This document shows positions 19,565-28,748 of a stretch of DNA of 64,000 nucleotides, piece after piece (the first letter of the stretch is position 1; the number at the start of each line of letters is the position of its first letter). The notes under the pieces are model-generated. The model had not been told where the DNA came from. It worked only from the letters and a program-made list of their open reading frames with translations, and made no database searches. This DNA comes from an uncultured Bacillota bacterium (lineage in GTDB: Bacteria > Bacillota_I > Bacilli_A > RF39 > UBA660). The stretch spans positions 6,075 through 70,074 of the forward strand of contig CAMJOB010000002.1 in NCBI GenBank assembly GCA_946407495.1, read 5' to 3'. A program made the position numbers and the translations under genes.

Positions 19565-20836
19565 CTATTTTAATACGTATGGATCTTTTTCAGTACCAGT
19601 ACCTTTAGAAATCATTGCATTAGAATTTAATGTGATTACTGGTCTTACTCTCATTAATTGGTAAGCAGCTCCAACTTTAACTACTCCTTTACTTACACCA
19701 TATACGTTATAAGTATTTCCTGCTTCAGCAGTTACTAGCCAGAATGAAGCATCTTCATCTACTAAGTAGTTATAGTTTTTACAAGATTCATTTAATGGTG
19801 AAGTACATCCACTATCAATACTTGCATTCATGTAATCACTTAAAGTAAGTAATCCAATTTTAGTTTCTAAAGATTGAATACATTCTTTAGAATTATTGTG
19901 AATAGTCTCTTTTTTATTTACTTTTCCATAGCATAAATCAAAGTTAACTAAACTACCTTTATCTTTATCACTTAACATATAATTTTGATCATCTTTATCA
20001 GTTAGGTTATAGATTTCTTCAAGAGCATCTTTCATTCTACTTGTAGTATAATTGTTGATTCCTGAATCATATCCTTTTTGTGAATTATAACGGTCATCCC
20101 ATTTTAGACCTACACCTTTTAATTCAGCTAATGTAAGTGTAATTGTTTTGTCTGCATTTACACGTACAATTCTCCACATTCTTTGGTCTAATTGTACATA
20201 GTTATTAACATTTTCTCCACGGAATACATAATCTTCTCCGATACTATATAATCCGTATCCACTATCTACTAAGTTATTATCATTTCCAACTTCTTCAGTT
20301 AAGAATTTAGTTGAATATTGATCTCCACAACTTAGGTATGGAACATAGTTATATGAATCTCCAGCTTTTGTTACTTGAACTCTTCCTGAACAACTATCTC
20401 CATCTTTTAAGTATTCACTTAATGGTTTCATTTTTTCAGCTGCTACTAAGTTTGCAACATCGATTTCAACAGTTAAATCTTCTTCTTGTGGTAAGTTTTG
20501 TGGATAATCTTTGAAGTAGCTTTCAGCAGCGTTCTTCATTACTTCCTCAACTTTTTCGTAAGAATAAGATCCTTTACCAACAAATGTTAATAGTAATAAT
20601 AAGAAGATAAAGATAAATACAATTGCAACAATTATAATCATAAATTTGACTAATCTTTTTTTGAAGTCATTTCTATCATCTTTCTTACTTGATGGAGTTT
20701 CTACTTTTTCTTCTTCTTTTTCTTCTTCATTAAAGTCTAGATCTTCTTCATCATAATCATCTAATCCGCCCATTTCTTCTTCTTCGTCACCGATATCAGA
20801 TTTAATAGCTTCTACTTTTTCTTTTTCAGTAAACAT
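19565..20836 (-). CDS. Membrane-anchored surface protein with acidic cytoplasmic N-terminus; paralog of the 644-aa protein at 47393-49327
   Basis: 423 aa. Acidic N-terminal stretch (GDEEEEMGGLDDYDEEDLDFNEEEKEEEK), TM FMIIIVAIVFIFIFLLLLLTFV, then an extracellular domain ending SFWLV...VRPVITL...GTGTEKDPYVLK. That WL../VRP pattern resembles the DUF6273 type. Confidence 0.5.
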   Translation of the reverse strand: MFTEKEKVEAIKSDIGDEEEEMGGLDDYDEEDLDFNEEEKEEEKVETPSSKKDDRNDFKKRLVKFMIIIVAIVFIFIFLLLLLTFVGKGSYSYEKVEEVMKNAAESYFKDYPQNLPQEEDLTVEIDVANLVAAEKMKPLSEYLKDGDSCSGRVQVTKAGDSYNYVPYLSCGDQYSTKFLTEEVGNDNNLVDSGYGLYSIGEDYVFRGENVNNYVQLDQRMWRIVRVNADKTITLTLAELKGVGLKWDDRYNSQKGYDSGINNYTTSRMKDALEEIYNLTDKDDQNYMLSDKDKGSLVNFDLCYGKVNKKETIHNNSKECIQSLETKIGLLTLSDYMNASIDSGCTSPLNESCKNYNYLVDEDASFWLVTAEAGNTYNVYGVSKGVVKVGAAYQLMRVRPVITLNSNAMISKGTGTEKDPYVLK

Positions 20837-20849
20837 AGGTTACTCCTTT

Positions 20850-23141
20850 CTAATTATCAAAGAAGTCATCGAAGAAATCATCGTCATCAATGTCTTCATT
20901 CAAATCTAAATTCTTCTTTGGTTCTGTTATTTCAGGAATTGGTTCTAATCTAGGAAGTTCAGGTTCAGGTTTCTTAGCAACTGCTTCAACCTTTTGTTCC
21001 TTCTTCTTTTCTTCTTCCTCTTTATTAGCTAGTTTTTCTTTTTCTAGTCTTTCTTCTTCTTCTAATTGAGCAATCTTTGCATCAATCTTCTTAACTAGCT
21101 CATCTACATCAAAACCTAAATCGTCATCATCATCGTCATCGTCGTCATCATCATCTGCAACCACAGGTTTTGGTGCACTAAATGGACGATTTGATTGAAC
21201 GTCTTCAACTTTTTCTTCTCTATCCATTGTCTTTGGAGTAAATACTTCTTCATCTTCGTCATGTGAACTTGAAGAAGTTCTTCCGTATCCTTTATGTGAT
21301 AAGAAATCTTGGAAATCTTTATCATCCACTTTTTCAAATGGTAGAATTTTTGGTCCTGGTAGTTCATCTAAGTTGCTGTCATCTTCTCTAGTGTCTTGTT
21401 CTTCTAGATCTGCCTCTCTCATCATATCTAAAAGTTTCTTTTTCTTTTGTGCTTTTACAAATTCTTTAATATCAAACGTATGAACCTCTCTCTTAGGTCT
21501 AGTTGGATATTTTGCTGGTGGATATTTCTTTCCCCAGTCTAATTTAAAGTATGGAGTAAATTTAGTTTTGAATGGTTGTTTTCTCATTCTCATAATAATT
21601 ACTTCAAATTGTTTCATTCTTTGTAAGTCTGAAACTGTAACTAATGGTGTTGATGCAGTCTTATCATCTTTCTTAGATTTAACTTCACCACACATCTTAG
21701 ATATTTCTTCTAGTGCTTTTAATTCTGTTGTGATTAAGTAAATAATGTTTCCACAGTTACCACGAATTGTTTCTGCATCTTCTTTACCATAAACAGAATC
21801 TAATTGTGCAAAGTTTTGAATGATCATTGTGAAACGTATCTTTCTAGAACGTGCTGCAGTGATCATTGTAGTTACATCTTTTAGTGGTGGCATATTAGCA
21901 AACTCATCTAGTAAGAAGTTTGTTCTAATTGGTAATTTTCCACCATGACGTTGTGCAGATGCAATTAAAGTTTCATAAACTTGTTTTAAGAAGATTGTTA
22001 CTAATGAATGGTAAGTCTTCTTTTCATCTTGAATTACGATGAATACTGCTGTTGGTCTTTCACCAATACTTTCTAGTTCAATATCACTATGTGATAACAT
22101 TTCACTTAAGTTATCACGTGATGCAAATAACTTAACTTTTTGTTTAAATACTGAAAGGATACTTCCTTTTGTTTCGCTTGGTGCCATGATAGTACTTGAT
22201 GCATTAATTGATGCTGCACTACCTGGATCTTTGGCTGCGAAGTATTCCTTAATATATGTTGATCCACCAAATTTATCTTCTCCAACAGTTGTTGCTAGAG
22301 AGATACTATTAATATTAATTTCATCTGGTTTAGCATCTTCAAATAATCCTAGAGCAACTCCAGAGAAATAATCTGCTGATGTTTTTTCCCAGAATGGATC
22401 TTGGTTCTTATTTGACTCATCATATAGGATATTTAATGCTAAGTCATCTAATAACTCGATTGCCTTATCTTGATTTCCTTTTTTATACATTTGATAAGGT
22501 AAATTCATTGGGTTCCATGCATTACCATTTTGTGGATCACGGAAATTTAATAATAAGATTTGATATCCTTTTGCACGAAGCATATTGGATGTCTTCTCGT
22601 AAATCTCACCTTTTGGGTCAGTTATAATCATTGACTCTCTTGCTTTTGCTAAAGAATGAACTTGTGGCAAAATAACAGTTTGAGTTTTACCTGAACCAGT
22701 AGCACCAATAACTAATGAATGGTAGTCACCATTGTCTACCCACATTTCTTTTTCTGTTAAAATTAATGGTACTCCTGCTGCTTTACTACTTGATTGTGTT
22801 ATTTCTACTTTTTCTAGTTCTTCTTTAATTTCTTTTTCTTTTGCCCATCTAGAGTATCCTTTATCTTTTTTCTCTGTAGTGAATCCAATTCCTTTTTCTC
22901 TATCAAAGAAATATGAACTTACACTAATGAATAATCCACCTAGACATAATACATATAATCCTAGTGTATCTAAGATATAGTCTGGTGAAAATGCTGGAAA
23001 TGGATTTAATCCAGCTAACTCTCCATTTTGTGAGAAACTTGATAAATTAGCTACTCCTATAGCTACAATGTAAAGTAGAAAGATAGCAAATAATATAAAA
23101 ATTAATAAATCATCTTTATCTGCGCGGAATTTAAATTTCAT
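20850..23141 (-). CDS. Type IV coupling protein (VirD4/TraG family) with long acidic C-terminal tail
   Basis: 763 aa. Two N-terminal TMs, Walker A GATGSGKTQ, Walker B-like FLLDEFANM. The tail has a run of about a dozen Asp codons and ends DDFFDDFFDN. Confidence 0.85.
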   Translation of the reverse strand: MKFKFRADKDDLLIFILFAIFLLYIVAIGVANLSSFSQNGELAGLNPFPAFSPDYILDTLGLYVLCLGGLFISVSSYFFDREKGIGFTTEKKDKGYSRWAKEKEIKEELEKVEITQSSSKAAGVPLILTEKEMWVDNGDYHSLVIGATGSGKTQTVILPQVHSLAKARESMIITDPKGEIYEKTSNMLRAKGYQILLLNFRDPQNGNAWNPMNLPYQMYKKGNQDKAIELLDDLALNILYDESNKNQDPFWEKTSADYFSGVALGLFEDAKPDEININSISLATTVGEDKFGGSTYIKEYFAAKDPGSAASINASSTIMAPSETKGSILSVFKQKVKLFASRDNLSEMLSHSDIELESIGERPTAVFIVIQDEKKTYHSLVTIFLKQVYETLIASAQRHGGKLPIRTNFLLDEFANMPPLKDVTTMITAARSRKIRFTMIIQNFAQLDSVYGKEDAETIRGNCGNIIYLITTELKALEEISKMCGEVKSKKDDKTASTPLVTVSDLQRMKQFEVIIMRMRKQPFKTKFTPYFKLDWGKKYPPAKYPTRPKREVHTFDIKEFVKAQKKKKLLDMMREADLEEQDTREDDSNLDELPGPKILPFEKVDDKDFQDFLSHKGYGRTSSSSHDEDEEVFTPKTMDREEKVEDVQSNRPFSAPKPVVADDDDDDDDDDDDLGFDVDELVKKIDAKIAQLEEEERLEKEKLANKEEEEKKKEQKVEAVAKKPEPELPRLEPIPEITEPKKNLDLNEDIDDDDFFDDFFDN

Positions 23142-23200
23142 TTTACTACTTCCTTTCTGTCAATATTATAACTTAAACTTGTAAAATAGTCATTATTTTC

Positions 23201-23965
23201 TTAATTTTCAATGATTTTTTGGAATGTATTATTCTTCCATTCATATAGAATATGACCTTGTCCTTGATTACTATATTCTGCTGTTGAAATTAGTATTTCA
23301 TAAATACCATCATTATTTGTATCAATAATTGCATTTATAAATGGTCTTACGGCTGTATACATATTATCTGATTCATTACTAAATACATCATAGATTTGAC
23401 CATCTTTTTCCATAAATACATATGAGAAACTAAAATCTGTATCAAAATCTATTGGGAATGTATTACTTATTACATATAGAGTTTCTTCTTTTCCATCATT
23501 GTCTATATCAACTTTTGTTTCATCATTAACTGTTAATTGTGAACCTGTAGATAATCCTTTGTTTTCTAATTCTTCTACAACATACTCATTATCTTCTATT
23601 TCACTCATTTCAAAACTAACAGCGTTTACATCAAAGTTTGATTCAATGGCTAAGAAGTTACCATTGATATCTACTGCTTCTTTATTATCGTCATATAGAT
23701 ACCATTGATCATCATGATAGATGTAATACTTACCACTATATTTTCCGTCTATGAAGACGTCCATTTTTTTCCAATTATAATCGTTAATATTTGTTTTCTT
23801 TTCCCAAGATGAACCATAACAATTCCATGTTACTTCATTCTCAGTTATCATAACTAATTGATAATTATTTCTTTCAACACGTTCTCTTCCAACAAGCCAA
23901 TAGAAAAGAAAGGCAAAGATTACTAAGAACGCAATTAATACAACGATTACTTTGTTACTTTTCAT
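23201..23965 (-). CDS. Membrane-anchored protein with FG-GAP/VCBS-like Asp-rich repeats
   Basis: Start re-called to ATG 23965 (MKSNKVIVVLIAFLVIF, AAGGAAGGGA RBS). Repeats DIDNDGKEETLYV and DTNNDGIYEILIS. Confidence 0.45.
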   Translation of the reverse strand: MKSNKVIVVLIAFLVIFAFLFYWLVGRERVERNNYQLVMITENEVTWNCYGSSWEKKTNINDYNWKKMDVFIDGKYSGKYYIYHDDQWYLYDDNKEAVDINGNFLAIESNFDVNAVSFEMSEIEDNEYVVEELENKGLSTGSQLTVNDETKVDIDNDGKEETLYVISNTFPIDFDTDFSFSYVFMEKDGQIYDVFSNESDNMYTAVRPFINAIIDTNNDGIYEILISTAEYSNQGQGHILYEWKNNTFQKIIEN

Positions 23966-23981
23966 ATTCTTCCCTTCCTTT

Positions 23982-26387
23982 TTATCCTGCTCTAAAGTAT
24001 GCATATGTACTTGTATTAGCCCAATTATATTGATGCCACATACTTGTACCTGCACTTCCTGGGTCGGCCATTGTTACTTCGCCACCTTCAGTAGCTAATA
24101 CTGCAACCCAGTGTTGTCCTGTGTTACCTTTAACTTCAGCAACTACATAATATCCTTGATTCAATAGTTCAGTAAGTACTTGGTACTTAGCTCCCCTTGA
24201 ATATCCAGATACATATTTCTTTCCTTGATATACAAATGTTGGCGCTGCTTTACTTACTCCAGCCCATAATAAGTTACCACCTGCGGCAAATCCACCATGA
24301 GTGTTTAAGTATTGGACAAATGTTCCTGGATTAAATTCTCCTTGAATATTTGTAGGTACTCCACTTCTTGCAATTTGAATAGAGATTGATGTACATAAGC
24401 ATCCAATTTGTTTAATAGTTTTTCCACTTGTACCCATTGGTACGCCTACCCAATCGCCTTGATATTGTTTCCATGCAATGAAGTCTCCTGTTACACCTTG
24501 TGAACAGTTAACACTTGAGTTTGAACAACCCATTTTTTGAACATCACTAGCACCATAGTTTCTAGAACCACTATTGTATACTTGTAATAATATTTGTTTA
24601 TAATTTAACCCTTGTTTAGCAAGTGCAGTAAATTGATTTTGTTCTGCTTGCATATATCCACTATAAACGATATATCCTTGAGAGTTTACTAATACTTCTC
24701 CGGCTACTTCGTTTGCTAGAGTACGCATTCTATCATTAGTTGGTAATGGGTTCTTTTTATATCCACCATTGTGCTCTAAACCACTGTGAACTTGTCCCCA
24801 TTGACCATTGTCTGATGAACATCCTCTATCTGGGTCACAATAAACTTGATCTTGTGTACTTGCGGCTACTTGGATTACCCACATACCATTTTCTTGTTGT
24901 AGAGTTCTCCAACCACCCATATCAGTTGATCTTGCTAATATGTAGCTTCTTGCAGCAACCATTTGAGCTTTAACGGCTTCATCTGGTGCTCCACTACCTA
25001 TTTCAGCATATGCAACACCTAAAATGTATTTTTCAAAATCTACTAATTCTTCACCTTCTAGAGGTTTACCAAATGTTCCTCCATAATTGTGTCCATTAGC
25101 AGTACCTGATTGCATTAATCTTACTTTTAAATTTGTAATATTAAGACTCTTGTTTATGTTACCTTTACCATAAATATAGAATCCTTTTATGTTGTAACTA
25201 CATGCGTTACTGGAGGTACATGAACCATATCTATCGTATCCAATTAATTGGTAATATTGTTCTATATATGTAAATACTTCTTCTGTATATTGTTTATATT
25301 TATCATCTGATTTAAACCAGAATTTATCAGGGAAGTATTTATGTTCCAAATTATATCTAAAGGTTTCTTCACTGTAATACTTTGTATCACTTTCTTTGTC
25401 ATAATATAACATTTGCTCTACGATTTTTCTTATTTCACCTTTATTCATAGAGTTATAATTTAGTGTTTTATTATGAGTATTTAATACGTGGTATACTGCA
25501 ACAATTTGTAGTGCGTCTACTGAAATACCTTTTTCAGAATATTCATCACGTACTTCTACTATTCTTTTATAGAAATCTTTTTGTTCTTGTGATGCTGCAG
25601 AATACTCTAAGTTACCAGTTGAAAATCCTGTTTCACTACTTATTCCTAATGCATCATCAAAGTTTGAAGATGCACCAGTGATTGCAGAAACGATTACAAT
25701 AATTAAGAATAGAATTATGATAAAAGGTGCTGCAGCAGCTAAACCAATTTTTACTATTGTCTTAAATGCTGCACTTCCAAATATTTGAGAAGAAGCATCA
25801 TCTCCACCTTTATCATCTTTATCTTTGTCTTTATCATTCTTCTTTTTTCCAAATGGATTGTTTTCTGCAAAACCACCCATAGAGTCGATACCTTTATCTC
25901 CTCCAGATAACGAAGAAGAGGAACCTCCTGGTGTTGAGCCTCCTCCCGCATTATTTAATCCTGCTTCGGCACCAGCGTTTGCTCCTGCGTTAGCTCCAGC
26001 AGTTGCACCGGCACCAGCACCGGCTCCTGCACCGGCTCCTGCTCCACCTGCTCCTCCAGCCATACTCATGGCTTTATCTGCTGCATCTAAAACACCTGCG
26101 TCGTCTAATTTTTTTGCGGCCTTACGAATAGCAGGGTTCTTTCCTAGGGCATCTGCTCCTTTATTAAGAATCTTATCTCCTGCTTTAGTTTTTGCTGCCA
26201 TATCAACAGCCGCACCACCTTCAGGTCCTGCGGCATAAATTGCAGCTCCTTTAGCAACATCTTTGGTTAGCTTTTTAGTAGAGTCTTTTTCTGCTTCTTT
26301 TTTATCCTTCATCATTGAAGTAGCTGATTGATTATAATCTTGTTCTGAATTATTACCATTGCTTCTTGTACTTTGATATGAACCCAT
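23982..26387 (-). CDS. T4SS-associated cell-wall hydrolase: Gly/Ala-rich N-terminal region, TM, SpoIID/LytB-like domain, C-terminal papain-like Cys peptidase domain
   Basis: SpoIID-like YILGVAYAEIGSGAPDEAVKAQMVAARSYILAR. C-terminal GCLCTSISIQIA...GQHWVAVLA forms a Cys/His pair of C39-like/CHAP-like type. TM IGLAAAAPFIIILFLIIVIVSAI. ATG 26387 is preferred to the track's GTG 26396, which lies inside AGGTGA. Confidence 0.7.
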   Translation of the reverse strand: MGSYQSTRSNGNNSEQDYNQSATSMMKDKKEAEKDSTKKLTKDVAKGAAIYAAGPEGGAAVDMAAKTKAGDKILNKGADALGKNPAIRKAAKKLDDAGVLDAADKAMSMAGGAGGAGAGAGAGAGAGATAGANAGANAGAEAGLNNAGGGSTPGGSSSSLSGGDKGIDSMGGFAENNPFGKKKNDKDKDKDDKGGDDASSQIFGSAAFKTIVKIGLAAAAPFIIILFLIIVIVSAITGASSNFDDALGISSETGFSTGNLEYSAASQEQKDFYKRIVEVRDEYSEKGISVDALQIVAVYHVLNTHNKTLNYNSMNKGEIRKIVEQMLYYDKESDTKYYSEETFRYNLEHKYFPDKFWFKSDDKYKQYTEEVFTYIEQYYQLIGYDRYGSCTSSNACSYNIKGFYIYGKGNINKSLNITNLKVRLMQSGTANGHNYGGTFGKPLEGEELVDFEKYILGVAYAEIGSGAPDEAVKAQMVAARSYILARSTDMGGWRTLQQENGMWVIQVAASTQDQVYCDPDRGCSSDNGQWGQVHSGLEHNGGYKKNPLPTNDRMRTLANEVAGEVLVNSQGYIVYSGYMQAEQNQFTALAKQGLNYKQILLQVYNSGSRNYGASDVQKMGCSNSSVNCSQGVTGDFIAWKQYQGDWVGVPMGTSGKTIKQIGCLCTSISIQIARSGVPTNIQGEFNPGTFVQYLNTHGGFAAGGNLLWAGVSKAAPTFVYQGKKYVSGYSRGAKYQVLTELLNQGYYVVAEVKGNTGQHWVAVLATEGGEVTMADPGSAGTSMWHQYNWANTSTYAYFRAG

Positions 26388-26412
26388 GTTATTCACCTAC
26401 TTCTTGTTTATT

Positions 26413-28203
26413 CTAGAATCCTCCACCTGCACCGAAGGAATCTAGTTCATCTTTAGTTACTGCTACATTGATACGCATACGTCTGTTTCCACATACGAAT
26501 AATGCTTCACCTTGTGAGTAACGTTTAATACTTTCTTTTTCACTTTCATTAAGGTCAATTAATAATGCTAAGTCTTCTGTTGCTTGTTTTCTTAATCCCA
26601 TTACTAAGTAGTATGAAGCATTATCGAATATTGCTTTTCCTTGAGTAATTACTTGTGGATTAGAGAAATCACTAGGTTGTTGTGTAATTATAATTGTACC
26701 TGTGTTATATTTACGAGCACGTCTTTGTACTTGAGCTAAGAAATCTGCTCCTTGTACGTTACTATCTCCTAGTAATACGTGTGCTTCATCAACCATTAAT
26801 ACAGTATCTACACCTGAGTCTAGACATAGTCCCCAAGCATATTTTAATACGTTAAAGAATAATGCATTACGTACTGTAGAATCACTATTCATTAACTCTT
26901 TGATATTAAATACCATAAAATCTGAATCTTTTCTTAATGTTGTATGACCATCAAAGTAGAATTTTAATTCTCTTGTAATTGGTCTTACTTTTAATTCAAG
27001 TCTTTCAAGTATATCTCTTTCTTGAGTTTGATCTGTAAGAGATGTTAATCTACCTCTAATTGTTGCATATACATCGCTGAATGTTGGATAATCAGCAGAT
27101 GTGAAATGAGTGAAATCAGAAGTATAATCAATACCAAATCTCTTATATGTATCTTGTACTATTTCACTGAACATATTTAATACATCTTCTTCAATTGTTG
27201 GATCATAGTATTTCATGAATCCTCTTAAGAATTGAAGTGTTCTAGTAATTACTGAATGTCCTAGTCCTTGAGCTATTTCTTCTTCATCAGCATCAATTAC
27301 AATTTCAAGTGGGTTGATAAGACCAAATTCTCCACCTTTACCAATGTCTACTGTGTCTCCACCAAATGTATTAGTGATTTCACGGAATTCATCTTCAGGG
27401 TCAATAATAACTATTTGACAACCATTACGAATATGAGTTCTTAACATTAATTTTGCGGCAGTTGATTTACCTGAACCAGATGTACCTAAAATAATCATGT
27501 TAGCATTATTACGGTTATTTTCTTTTCTTATCTTATATAAGAATTGGTTAAATAAGATAACACCACCAGAGAAGTCTACACCTAATAATGTAGATAATCC
27601 TGGATCTTTAATACTATCAAAGATAAATGGATACATTGCAGCGATTGTTACTGATGGAATTGGGGTTCCAATTCTTTGCTCTATATCTTGAGATGGGAAA
27701 ATTGGTACTATTGATTTTAATACTTTTTCTTGTTCAAAACGTAGAGACACTGCTCTTAATTCCATTGCATCTAAGTAGTTCTTAACATTAACTTTCTTTA
27801 ATTCTAATTCTTCTTTAGTGTCAGCAGTAATCATAATGTGCATTTGGAAATCGAAGATTCTTGCTTGCGATCCTGCTAACATAGAAGTAAAGTATTCCAA
27901 ACTTTCAGCATCTTGTCTGATTCTTTCACGTAACGTTTGGTCTCTTTCATTACGATATTTTTCTTTTAAATCAGCGATTTGCTTATTTAACATCTTTGAC
28001 ATTTCTTGGAATGGTACAGGGATGTGTTTTACAACAACTTTTATACCAGACATATTAGTTAAAGATGATAAATATCCTGGTGAAATATATTTAGGATAAG
28101 ATACAACTGTCATAATAGTTGCATATTTATCACTAATAAAGAAATCACTTGGAGAGAAATGTAATCCTTTTGGTGCCAATTGGCTTCTAATACCTATACT
28201 CAT
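26413..28203 (-). CDS. VirB4-family T4SS ATPase (central and C-terminal portion)
   Basis: 596 aa. Walker A GTSGSGKST, Walker B LMVDEAHVLL, IITQQPSD motif. Its ATG overlaps the TGA of the upstream ORF (ATGA). Confidence 0.85.
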   Translation of the reverse strand: MSIGIRSQLAPKGLHFSPSDFFISDKYATIMTVVSYPKYISPGYLSSLTNMSGIKVVVKHIPVPFQEMSKMLNKQIADLKEKYRNERDQTLRERIRQDAESLEYFTSMLAGSQARIFDFQMHIMITADTKEELELKKVNVKNYLDAMELRAVSLRFEQEKVLKSIVPIFPSQDIEQRIGTPIPSVTIAAMYPFIFDSIKDPGLSTLLGVDFSGGVILFNQFLYKIRKENNRNNANMIILGTSGSGKSTAAKLMLRTHIRNGCQIVIIDPEDEFREITNTFGGDTVDIGKGGEFGLINPLEIVIDADEEEIAQGLGHSVITRTLQFLRGFMKYYDPTIEEDVLNMFSEIVQDTYKRFGIDYTSDFTHFTSADYPTFSDVYATIRGRLTSLTDQTQERDILERLELKVRPITRELKFYFDGHTTLRKDSDFMVFNIKELMNSDSTVRNALFFNVLKYAWGLCLDSGVDTVLMVDEAHVLLGDSNVQGADFLAQVQRRARKYNTGTIIITQQPSDFSNPQVITQGKAIFDNASYYLVMGLRKQATEDLALLIDLNESEKESIKRYSQGEALFVCGNRRMRINVAVTKDELDSFGAGGGF

Positions 28204-28748
28204 TGTGGCATCACCGTCCCAAACTCTGTATTTTTTCCACCATTTAAGAAGTTTTCTAATACTACTCTTAAATCGTTATTTGAAACTTGTGCAGCATTTA
28301 ATCCACATTGAGCTAAACCATTAATCATAAGTCTTACTCTCTTTTGAAGTAAATCTACATCTTTTGATTTAAATAAGAAATAATACTCAGTATCAACAAT
28401 ATTATTATTGATGAAACTTTGTCCTTTATTTATATCTTGCATTATTAGTTTTCGAATTGCTGGTGTTGGACTTTCGTTAAATAGTAATTGTAATTGAGAC
28501 ATGTATACAGAAATATCTACAGGTCTATCTGCAACTACTAACCAGAACTCGAAATCTAGCATATTATAGAAGTTTTTTAAACTTATTAATATATTTTCTT
28601 GATAATTAGGATCCAAGATAAATATATTTCTTGGAGTAACTTTTACACCAGTAACTTTTTCATTACTTGTGGTAATAAGCATTCCATTTTGAATTCCTTT
28701 TAGTGGTAACCAATCTTCAGTATATCCACTACTTACCTTTTTTGCCAA
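28200..28748 (-). CDS. VirB4 N-terminal-domain-like protein (separate ORF, translationally coupled to the ATPase)
   Basis: 182 aa with a TTG start. YTEDWLPLKGIQNGMLITTSNEKVTGVKVTPRNIFIL..ENILISLKNFYNMLDFEF follows the N-terminal pattern I recall from single-chain Gram-positive VirB4 homologs. Confidence 0.5.
   Translation of the reverse strand: MAKKVSSGYTEDWLPLKGIQNGMLITTSNEKVTGVKVTPRNIFILDPNYQENILISLKNFYNMLDFEFWLVVADRPVDISVYMSQLQLLFNESPTPAIRKLIMQDINKGQSFINNNIVDTEYYFLFKSKDVDLLQKRVRLMINGLAQCGLNAAQVSNNDLRVVLENFLNGGKNTEFGTVMPQ

Noticed and set aside
21120-21155. The poly-Asp trinucleotide tract in the T4CP gene as a phase-variation switch.
   Set aside because: The repeat unit is 3 nt and alternates between GAT and GAC, so slippage would only change tail length in frame. 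It cannot switch the gene on or off.
25825-26238. Plus-strand ORF encoding a PAPAPAPAP-rich 137-aa peptide, and similar antisense ORFs at 36302-36529, 36330-36578 and 36347-36592.
   Set aside because: They are antisense or off-frame to low-complexity GC-rich coding repeats (the Gly/Ala tract of the hydrolase and the Pro/Gln tail of TadA). They have no RBS, and such repeats stay open in several frames by composition alone.
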